The translations under genes and the position numbers were made by a program. Under the pieces are notes generated by a model, which did not search any database, had not been told where the DNA came from, and saw nothing but the letters and a program-made list of their open reading frames with translations. Positions 53,003 to 64,000 of a stretch of DNA of 64,000 nucleotides are shown piece after piece (the first letter of the stretch is position 1; each line of letters starts with the position of its first letter). This DNA is from Octopus vulgaris. Taxonomy: Eukaryota. Location: the NCBI GenBank assembly GCA_951406725.2, contig OX597821.1:97216001-97280000 (forward strand), given 5' to 3'.

Positions 53003-53285
53003 TATCATCATCATTGTTCGACCGTGGTCGAGACAATGGAATTTACCATGCTACGCCAGACTTCTCGGTCCATCATGGCATTATGGAGGTCCTGTTGCTG
53101 GATGCCTGCATCCCTGGAGATTACATCAGGGTAGGAGAGTGTGCACCCTCTGGTATTGCGAGTAGATGGCTTCCAGAGGAGAAGAGTAGAAATTACTTCT
53201 TTTTCAGCTCTACAACAATGTCCAGCAAACTGGACTCTCCTACCTTTCACAAGAGATGACACAGGTGGTAGTTTCCCATATATAC
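53003..53285 (-). mobile_element. RTE-like LINE 3' fragment with (GAT)n tail
   Basis: RRVQFAGHCCRAEKEVISTLLLWKP...AMMDREVWRSMV. Confidence 0.8.
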
Positions 53286-53476
53286 TCATTTACTTGTTTC
53301 AGTCATTTGACTGCAGCCATGCTGGAGCACTGCCTTTAGTCAAGCAAATCGACCCCAGGACTTATTCTTTGTAAGCCTAGTACTTATTCTATCTACTAAG
53401 TTATGGGGACATAAACACACGATGTTAGGGTGGACAAACACAGACACACAAGCACACGCACACACACACACACATG

Positions 53477-53513
<37 letters not shown>

Positions 53514-53675
53514 GACGGGCTTCTTTCAGTTTCCGTCTACCAAATCTACTCACAAGGCTTTGGTCAGCCCAAGGCTATAGTAGAAGACACTTGCCCAAGG
53601 TGCCACGCAGTGGGACTGAACTCGGAACCATGTGGTTGGTAAGCAAGCTACTTACCACACAGCCACTCCTGCACC
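53286..53675 (-). mobile_element. SINE family A with internal deletions
   Basis: Homology to 8679-9118. Confidence 0.88.
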
Positions 53676-54157
53676 TATTCACAGCCACTCCTGCGAAAGC
53701 AAGTTTAAAATAATGGCCATTACATATTTTTCCTTTATTGCAGCAAATTTGGCTTACAGTTGTTTCCGGTAGTCATTATAGGTACCTTATTGATAGGCTT
53801 ACTCAATTGCTCTTGTGATCAGTTGAGAACAATTGAATGACCTAAACAAATTGAATGCTGCTTTTGCCAGAGCCATTTCTGGTTATAAACAAAGCAAAAC
53901 ACTGAAGGAATGGTGAGTGCATGGGGGAGGGAGGAAAAGATGGAAAGATGCAAGTAGAATAGAGACAAGAGTAAGGCAGATTACAAAGAAGTGAAGGGAA
54001 GTAAAGTAAGGATAGAGGAAGGGGTCACTTATTAGATGTAGGGGTATTGGATGGCCAAAATTTGAGATAAAGACAGTCATAAAACATTAGTGTTTGTAGC
54101 CAGGTCAACACACCTTAACATTTTAGCATTGTTTATAAGTTAGATATAAGTTATATG

Positions 54158-54488
54158 TCATCATCATCATCATCATCATCATTTAGCGTCCGTTTTCCAT
54201 GCTAGCATGGGTTGGACGGTTCAACTGGGGTCTGTGAAGCCGGAAGGCCGCATCAGGCCCAGTCAGATCTGGCAGTGTTTCTACGGCTGGATGCCCTTCC
54301 TAACGCCAACCACTCTGTGAGTGTAGTGGGTGCTTTTTACGTGCTACCCGCACAGGTGCCAGGCGGAGCTGGCAAACGGCCACGAACGGATGGTGCTTTT
54401 ATGTGTCACCAGCACGGGGGCCAGGCGAGGCTGGCAATGGACACGAACAGATGGTGCTTTTACATGCCACCGGCACGGGGGCCAGGCG
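54158..54488 (-). mobile_element. Family D element
   Basis: Tandem units + (GAT)n tail. Confidence 0.85.
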
Positions 54489-54793
54489 TATGTATATTTT
54501 TATGTATATATGTATGCCTGCACCCACGGATATCATAATATCGATGAAATATTCAGTACTTATAACATATATTATATGGTTTAAAAATGAAGATAATAAA
54601 TCATCAGACTATGAGACTATTTAGACATTAACATTACAATATTTACACCCACACCGCTTTTTGATCAACTCACAGTTGACAACCTGACAATGAACTGTTC
54701 AAAAGAAAGTGTACCTATAAATATTGTAAATATATAATGTATGCTAAGTGAGGTTGATAACCTGTGTAATTGTCAATTTAATGAAAGACTCAC

Positions 54794-54961
54794 AAACATT
54801 TCAAACATAACAAACATTTTACAGACTTTCAATACGATCTCATTGATATAACCATGGACTTTTCCACTCAGCTGAGCTGTAAATAGATGACCCTGCAATA
54901 AGCTTGCATTCCATTCAGGGGTAAAATTAGCCTGCCCACCCTGCTGGCTTGATGATATCAT
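54794..54961 (-). CDS. Candidate internal coding exon, product unknown
   Basis: tttcag| acceptor, |gtgagt donor, 168 bp, phase 0-0, open frame MISSSQQGGQANFTPEWNASLLQGHLFTAQLSGKVHGYINEIVLKVCKMFVMFEMF; no recognised homology. Confidence 0.25.
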
Positions 54962-55189
54962 CTGAAAGCTACATTGGTGCAAGGAAGTGCATTGTTGCCA
55001 GCAGTGTATAACAACATACAATAGTCTGGTCAATACAGTGATATATAAATACACACACACATGTATGTATGTATGTATATATGTATGTATATATGTATAT
55101 ATATGTATGTATATGTGTGTGTGTGTATATGTGTGTGTGTATGTGTGTGTGCATTCATACACATACACATACACACATACTGATGTCAT

Positions 55190-57230
55190 CATCTGGTTCC
55201 ACTTTCCTTATCCCCCCATTCTATTAAATGAGGCCTTAATATTCGCAAGAAAATTTGCAAATCTCTATTGGCTGGACATCAACTCTATCTTAGCAGCTAG
55301 AAAAACACTTTTGTCTTTTGTTAACAATTATTGGTCCCGTAAATTCCCTATAGATATCTTTGATATAACTATGGGCTCTTTGGACTCTGTTCAGGTTACT
55401 GACCAGGTTGGTCTCTTCTTCTCTCTTAAATAAACCAGCACTTCCTTAGCATACCCAGAGGTCTCACACCCATGGGTACATTTTGAATATCCATTGAATG
55501 TACCTGGAAGGTCCTCATTCAAAAACAGCACTAAAGTAGCCAACTTCTTAGAAATGACTCAACTTTGACCTAACCTAGATTACACTTACCATAAACCAAA
55601 TGAGTCATAAAAATATATCAATGTCCAATCTAATCACCATAGATTTGCTCTAAATGGCATTGTCACTGGTGCTTCAATCAGGATCTATAACCTATCAGCT
55701 AACGAGGATATCTTTGATAATCATAGCTTGTACTATAACCAGGTTCTCCAGAATAGTGGCTTCCACATGAGGATCTCATATATTTCCAGTACTAGACTAA
55801 AAACAAAACTCAAATGTCTATTTCCTAGTACAAAAGCTATGTCCACCAGGTTTGCCTCTATCTATCCACATGCCATCATCCAGCAACTGAATTCTTCTGC
55901 AGCCAGCACAGTAGTTGAATAATTTCCAGCCCACTACACTGGTTTCTAAGCTCTTTCGAAGCAAAAAGTGGAGATCTTACAGATTGCACCCCTATTCTCT
56001 CTCCAAGTTAAATCTTTACCCAAGCTATTTTTCAAAATCCTAAGCTTTAATTTCCCACTACACCACAAAATATTACCCAAAATTTAATTAATATTTGATT
56101 AAAATCTCATACTCTATAACACTAAACTTAGGATCTCTCACTGCCTCTTCCAATAGGTGCAAACTTAGTCATCTTACTAACTGCCCTATAAACCACTCAT
56201 CTACCTCCACCCTTACCTGCTAGATACTGATACTTTTAGTATTGGGAATCCTACCCACTTGAATAATAGTATTGCCCCAAGTACTTGTAACCCTAATGCA
56301 CCTGACTTGCAGTGATGCCCTCTCTCAGCCCCATACAAGTAATAACACCTCTGGTTCTTCCTTCAGGATGACTGATCATATGAATCAGCATAAAATAAGG
56401 ATTAATTCTAAGCCCACCATTGGTGGAAAAACTAGTAATTGTTGGGTCTTCCAACTATGTCTGCTAGATGGATTTTGTTTACTTTATAACATTATATAAA
56501 TGCCAGGTAATTACATCATGTTCCCACCAGGCTATAGTGGCAGTGTTGAACTGAAGCACCAATAGCAGGCTCACCTGAATTCGTTCTCAAATTGAGTTTC
56601 TAAACTCTTTAGTCCCTAGCTAAACACGTGCTTCACCTCAAGTCCAAGGATATTTCTTATACCTTATCCTCATCCATAGTTGGTGGGATCTCCCCATACA
56701 ACACACACCATCGTGTTTTTAAGTTATATTGCCATGAATTGCTGGCTATTCTTCACCATCATAAAACCTCATTACTCAATAGGTTCTCTGATGTAACCTT
56801 CTCATGTAAGCACAAACTTTATTCCACATTTTCTCATTATGTACAGTCTTTATGATGTCTCCTAATTGTGGATAAAGCTCATTCTTACTATTTAGCTATG
56901 TTAGCACCATTTTCTCTCTCCTTTCTCCTTATCTCAGCATATCTCTTCCTCTCTCTTTGTGTGATTAACTGCCATCCTTAAATGAGTTACTGTCTTCTTA
57001 GATAGATTACCTTACCCACCATTGATGTTTGCTTTTACAAAACTGACTTTTACTCTATCTTGCTCTTTCTCACTGTTTCTTGTATTCTATGTTTGTTATT
57101 TCCTTCCTATGTCATAAATATCCTCCTCCTTCTCCATGCCTACCATTTCTTTTATTCTACCTCTCTTCCTTCCTTTCTATGTCATACAAATCTTCCTCTC
57201 TTTTAAAATAGTTATATATGTTGGCACTAC
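55190..57230 (-). mobile_element. Possible ancient, heavily decayed LINE
   Basis: 2 kb without microsatellites, purine-rich minus strand, isolated YGAE-like remnant near 56330; no open frame. Confidence 0.25.
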
Positions 57231-57437
57231 TATATGATCCACTTTTATCAATCTTCTCTTGATGAGAGAAACCAGGCTTGTAATATCTCCATGTGATTGG
57301 TTACTGATTGCATACACATGACATTTTTGAATATTTCATCTATAAATTATGATTATTACATAACTAACAGCTTCCTGAAACAGGTGTTAAAATAAGAAAT
57401 TACATATTTCCTCATATTTTCTGTATTTCTTGTGCTC

Positions 57438-58075
<638 letters not shown>

Positions 58076-58106
58076 CACATACACGTATATATACCGATAC
58101 CTATAT

Positions 58107-58172
<66 letters not shown>

Positions 58173-58194
58173 TGAATACATACATATATACATG

Positions 58195-58528
58195 TCTGGC
58201 ACCTGTGTCGGTGGCACATAAAAAAACACCATCCGAGCGTGGCCGTCTGCCAGCCTCGTCTGGCACCTGTGTCGGTGGCACATAAAAACACCATCCGAGC
58301 GTGGCCGTTCGCCAGCCTCGTCTGGCACTGGTGTCGGTGCCACATAAAATCACCCACTACACTCTCGGAGTGGTTGGCATTAGGAAGGGCATCCAGCTGT
58401 AGAAACAATGCCAGATCTGACTGGCTTGGTGCAGCCTTCGGGCTCCTCAGACCCCAGTTGAACCGTCCAACCCATGCTAGCATGGAAAGCGGACATTAAA
58501 TGACGATGATGATGATGATGATGATGAT
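58195..58528 (+). mobile_element. Family D element
   Basis: Near-identical ~62-bp units + (GAT)n tail. Confidence 0.85.
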
Positions 58529-59611
58529 ATATATATATATATATATATATTCATACATACATACATATACATACATGCATACATGTATATATATACATAC
58601 ATACATATATACATATATATATATATAAACACACACATATATACATGGATATATATATATATACATACATATATATTCATATATATACATATATATACAT
58701 ATATATACATATATATAAACATACATACATACGTACATACATACTTATGTATGTATATGTGTGTATATATATATGTATGTATATACATACATACCTTTGT
58801 ATGTATATAGGTATGTGTATGCACATGTGTGTGTGTGTGTAGTATATATGCTTGGGTATAGTTCATGAGTCAAGAACGAAACACTCAATACACAAAATAG
58901 AGACAGACAGTTATTTATTACACCAGGCTCCAATAGTTTTTACACAAGAAAAGGCTTGCAATTATTTGATGCGTTCATTCAGATTTGTGATAGTTTATAA
59001 CAGTAGTTCTGAACCATACTTTTACCTGCGTGCACAGGTGTGCAGATGTGTGTATGTTCTGTGATATAAACCACCTGGTCAGCAGTACTGGTGCTGGCTA
59101 TTCTCTGCCAAGCGACCAGCATTCACTAGGGCTTGTGCTTATCTTCATCCCACTCAGTAAAATGATTACAACCACTACTTTTCCCCCTTGGCAACAACAA
59201 TAATTTTTCTCTTTTCTCCTTCCTCTTTCTTCCAGTTCTCTCTTTTTCTTCATCCTCATCAACTCTATACAACTCTCACTCCTACATATTTGATCTCATA
59301 CTTTCCCTTAACATACTTCATGATCTCTATATATAATCTTATAATATTTTTGAATTTTGTTTTCTTAATTTGTACAACTGGATTTTCTATTCAGTTCAAC
59401 TCAGAACTGCAGTGAGTGAACCTGCAGTTCATTATGCAACCATAGTATACTACAAAATACACAAAACGTTTTTATATGTCATACACACACACACACAAAT
59501 GCCTATTTGTATTATATTATGTCAACATTGTTACAATGTTATATGATGTATAGTAACATGGAGTCATGTTGGATTTGGTTCATATGAAGATGTGTGTTTT
59601 CTATCTTTCAG

Positions 59612-59689
59612 ATAGGGATTGTACCATTTTATCAGTGGATTCTCAGACTTCTACTGTTGCACCTCAATGCGATCATTTGACAGTGAAGG
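59612..59689 (+). CDS. Candidate small exon, product unknown
   Basis: ttttctatctttcag| acceptor, |gtaaat donor, 78 bp, phase 1-1, RDCTILSVDSQTSTVAPQCDHLTVK. Confidence 0.2.
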
Positions 59690-61584
59690 GTAAATGAAAA
59701 GATTTTAAAAATATACGTGTGCCTAAATATATATATATGTGTGCATGTGTGTGTGTACGTGTGTGTGCATGTGTGCCTGAATGTGTGTATGTATATGTTT
59801 ACAACTAATCACTGTTTACTAAAACTAAGTTCAGACTAACATGTGTGGTACTGCTAATATTAATATACTAACAGTAATAATACCATCAGAAACAGTTTGA
59901 CAACATTCCAAGCTGGTGACAAGCTGGCAGAATCATTAGCACTTCATCCAGCTTTTTACATTCTGTAAAATGTTGACCATAACTCTCAATCTTCTCGGGG
60001 TTGATAAAATAAGTACTGAGGTCAATGTAATCAACTTCTTTACACCCCACTAACATTGCTGGGCTTGTGCCAAAATTTGACACTATTATTTATGTATATA
60101 TAACATGAATAGTCAAGTTATAAGGCATATATATATATCTATATATATATATATATATAACATCATCATTTAATCTCCTTTTTCCATGTTGGCTTGGGCT
60201 GGATGGTTTGACAGGCACTGTCAACTCAGAGAGCTGCACCAGGTTCCAATTATTTGATTTGCTTTGGTTTCTATGGCTGGATGCCCTTCCTAATGCCAAC
60301 CACCAATTTACAGAGTGTACAGGATATATATATATATATATATAATATCATCATCATCATCATCATCATCATCATTTAGCGTCCGTTTTCCATGCTAGCA
60401 TGGGTTGGACGGTTCAACTGGGGTCTGTGTTTCTACAGCTGGATGCCCTTCCTAATGCCAACCACTCTGTGAGTGTAGTGGGTGCTTTTTACATGCCACC
60501 CGCACAGGTGCCATACATATATATATAATATATATAATATATATATATATATATACCTACAACACACACACATGTATATATATGCACATACATGTGTGCG
60601 TGTAAGATGATGATGTGTGCATCATTGTCATCATCATTTAATGTCCATGTTCCATACTGACTTGGAATAGACATACTTCTAAATAAAACATGGAAAAGTG
60701 AATGAAGAATGAGCTGGTTTTCCAATTTTCTTAAGTGACATCATCAGATGGCAGATATTAAATAACGTTGAACTTAGGGCATTAGTCACTGCTGAATGAA
60801 TAATGAAGAAACTAACTCCTCTTCATTGTTGTGTCAGTATTAGATGTAGCTGTCCAGTGAAAGAATACCATAAAGGGAGCTTACACTACAGGTGCTTAAT
60901 GTGTTCGTGCATATTTGTTTATTGGCTGCTGGTCTTTGTACAGTATAAATATATATATATATGTATATATATTCGTTCCATTTTTCTGTTCCATTTTAAT
61001 ATCTGTTTTTCCAAACTAGCATGTCTTACATGAAAGGAAATTGTACCAAATTTTTACAGCCAGATGCTCTTCCTGATGACAAACCTTACCTCTTTTCCAA
61101 GTCAGGGATTTTTAATAAAAATTTATTTTAGAGGAATTTAAAAGTGCAGTGTTAATGAACAATTTCTTGATAGGAAATACAAAACAAACACCATCAGTTG
61201 CTATCCAAACATAAATAGTGATGGCACCATCTGATGGGGTAGACTGCAAATGGTGATGCCTTGGTACAGTATTATATTTTTGAAAAAATGAGTAGAGATG
61301 GTTGGTTTGAAGGCATGTCTCATTTCTCTGTCTGTTTTTTTTCGTTGTTCAAAAAAAATGTTCGTTTTCTATGTTTTTGTTTTTATGCTTTTGTTTCCCA
61401 TTGTGTTCAACATTTTTTTGATGTCCTGTACCCATATATGCATGTATATATACACATATATGTAGGTATGTACATATATGTATGTATCTATGCATATATT
61501 TATATATAATTTACATCATATATATATATATAAGAGAACAAGATGTACGTTACACCGCAATAATATATGTATAAAAAATATATA

Positions 61585-61800
61585 TAAACATACAAAATGG
61601 GACAAGAATGCAAAACACTCAAATAGATGACACAAAAAACGGACGGGTCATTCGAAGCCTCTAATCTTCAGTCAAGAACCGGATCATCCAACCGAAATTG
61701 CGAGGATGATCCGGTTCTTGACTGAAGATTAGAGGCTTCGAATGACCCGTCCGTTTTTTGTGTCGTCTATTTGAGTGTTTTGCGTTCTTGTCCCATTTTG

Positions 61801-61808
<8 letters not shown>
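61585..61808. mobile_element. Hairpin element family H3 (~105-bp arms, 14-nt loop) in (TA)n
   Basis: 61585-61689 is a near-perfect reverse complement of 61704-61808. Confidence 0.8.
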
Positions 61809-61829
<21 letters not shown>

Positions 61830-61831
<2 letters not shown>

Positions 61832-62142
61832 CATCATCATCATCATCATCATCGTTTAACGTCCGTTCTCCATGCTAGCATGGGTTGGACGGTTCGACCG
61901 GGGTTCTGGGAAGCCAGAAGGCTGCACCAGGCTCCAGTCTAATCTGGCAATGTTTCTACAGCTGGATGCCCTTCCTAACGCCAACCACTCCGTGAGTGTA
62001 GTGGGTGCTTTTTACGTGCCACCTGCACAGGTGCCAGGCGAGGCTGGCAATGGCCACGGTCGGATTGGTGTATTTTATGTGCCACCGGCACGGAAGCCAG
62101 TCGAGGCGGTGCTGGCATCGGCCACGAGTCGGATAGTGCTTT
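61830..62142 (-). mobile_element. Family D element
   Basis: Tandem units + (GAT)n tail. Confidence 0.85.
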
Positions 62143-62383
62143 TTGCTAGTAGAGATACCCAGCCTTGCTCGGGATTAAAATAGCATAGTTCTTTTATTGT
62201 TTTACTTGTTTCAGTTATGTGACTTTGGCCATGCTAGAGCACTGCCTTTGGTTGAACAAATTGACCATGGGATTTCTTCTTTGTAAGCCTAGTACTTATT
62301 CTATCAGTGTCTTTTGCCAAACCGCTATGTTATGGGAACGTAAACACAGCAATATCAGCTGTCAAGCAATGGTGGGGGTACAA

Positions 62384-62424
<41 letters not shown>

Positions 62425-62528
62425 CACAAAAATATACACATATATATGAGTCTTCTTTCTACACGCATATATATATATGTATATATACATATATACACAT
62501 ATATACATATATATATATATACATACAC

Positions 62529-63672
62529 ATGATGGCCGTCCACTCGTGACCGAGGAAGACCATTGCCGACCATCAGGAACATTGTGCGCTCTAGGACTAA
62601 CTTATATTTTGCATTTGCGGCTCCATTGGAGGCTAATGAGCCCTGCTCTTGACAAGCATACACGACTGCAAACATTGCAGACCAAGCTTTCCCCATTCAC
62701 TATACGAGCCATGCACTTTCGCACAGCTCACTTAAGTTCTTCATGCTGGATACGTGCTCTCTCAAAAGTGTCGATCCCCTCCTTAACCTGCTTTCTCCAT
62801 CTGTGACGATGACAGGCATTGTTCTCCCAGTCAGTGTCCTGCATATAAAAAGCCTTTAACGAGGACTTGACACAGTCCTTAAATCGCAGCCTTGGTTTCT
62901 GCCGGAGTCTCCTTCCATTCACAAGTTCTCCATAGAGCATCTGCTTAGGAATCCTTCTATCCTCCATTCTAATAAGGTGTCCAGTCCAACGCAACCAGTG
63001 CTTGTGTACCATTGCCTCAATACTCAAGATATCAGCTGTCCTCAGGATCTGTGTGTCTGGAATTTTTGAGGTCCAGCCAACATTGAGAATGTGTCTGAGA
63101 CATCTCTGATGAAAACGTTCAAGGACCCTTACCTGACGTTTGTACAGAGTCCATGTCTCACATGAGTAGAGAAGCAATGTCAGTACACAAGCACGGTACA
63201 CAGCAACTTTTGTATGCCTTGCGATGCCATGTTGGGACCAGACACGAGACTGAAGAGACCAGAAGGAATTAGTTGCTCTCTGCAACCTGAAAGATATTTC
63301 CTCATCCAGGGAGCAAGAACGGCTGAGTGTGCTGCCCAGATAGACAAACTTATCTACTACCTTCAGAATTGTTCCTTCAACAAAGATAGCTGGTTCTATA
63401 TATGGATTTCCTGGTGCAGGCTGGAACATTACAACAGTCTTGTCCAGGCTAATGCTGAGTCCAAATGCCCTGCAAGAAGCAGAAATGCAATTCATGAGTA
63501 TTTGCATGTCATCCACTGTATGAGTGACTAAGTCACAGTCATCTGCATAAAGGAGGTCACGAATAATAGACTGGGACACCTTTGAATTGGCAGCAAATCG
63601 GCGAAGATTAAAGAGGCGGCCAGAAGATCGATATCTGACATATATTCCCAGAGAGTTAATCTTAGCAAAAGC
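62529..63672 (-). mobile_element. RTE-clade LINE, 5'-truncated, RT domain to 3' end
   Basis: LLYADDCDL, FGLSISLDKT, FVYLGSTLS, LLYSCETW, LRWTGHLIRMEDRRIPKQMLYGEL; frame continues past the TGA at 62728 into CNVCSRVCLSRAGLIS; flanked by CATA/TA repeats. Confidence 0.95.
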
Positions 63673-63719
63673 ATACACATATATATACATACATATACAT
63701 ACATACATATACATAAATA

Positions 63720-63755
<36 letters not shown>

Positions 63756-63761
63756 TATATA

Positions 63762-63998
63762 CTTTATTTAAAAGCAGCAGAAATTTAACTAAAACTGTTA
63801 CTCGGAGGTTCACGTTCCTGTTCGTCGGATAGTTTTGTTAAAATATTTTAACAAAACTATCCGACGAACAGGAACGTGAACCTCCGAGTAACAGCTTTTG
63901 TTAAATTTCTGCTGCTTTTAAATAAAGCATATTACTCTACCTCTGGTATTTGAGTACTCTTTTTTCCACCTTGTTTCACATTTATGTGTTTACTCCGG
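63762..63998. mobile_element. Family H1 hairpin element (83-bp arms, no loop, one-sided tail)
   Basis: Palindrome centred at 63844/63845; hammerhead relic ctat CCGACGA acaggaacgt GAAC ctc-c-gag TA acag at 63857-63894. Confidence 0.88.
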
Positions 63999-64000
63999 TA

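Noticed and set aside
63673-63813. N-terminus of the 361-aa ORF
   Set aside because: Read-through from the H1 arm and microsatellite; RTE homology starts near 63672.

Overview
Eukaryotic, AT-rich, repeat-saturated intronic or intergenic DNA. The repeat content points to an octopod cephalopod (inference, no database check). No intact host gene was found, only two weak exon candidates. Most ORFs in the track are translated (TA)n/(CA)n/(CATA)n/(ATT)n microsatellites. Recognisable content: two Penelope-like retroelement (PLE) lineages with GIY-YIG endonucleases, RTE-clade LINE fragments (one with a YADD RT), three tRNA-derived SINE families, a (GAT)n-tailed family with internal tandem repeats, non-autonomous Helitrons, and Tigger/mariner/hAT relics. 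Main signal: about ten minimal type-I hammerhead ribozyme motifs, most with non-canonical cores (CCGANGA, TTGANAA, CTGTCGA) and self-complementary helix III. They lie downstream of PLE ORFs and inside short ORF-less hairpin elements inserted in (TA)n tracts. One such family shares its ribozyme core and helix III with a neighbouring coding PLE. Fold-back inversions, a templated insertion and a 122-bp duplication around a SINE are also present. All alignments and folds were done by eye, and element boundaries are approximate.
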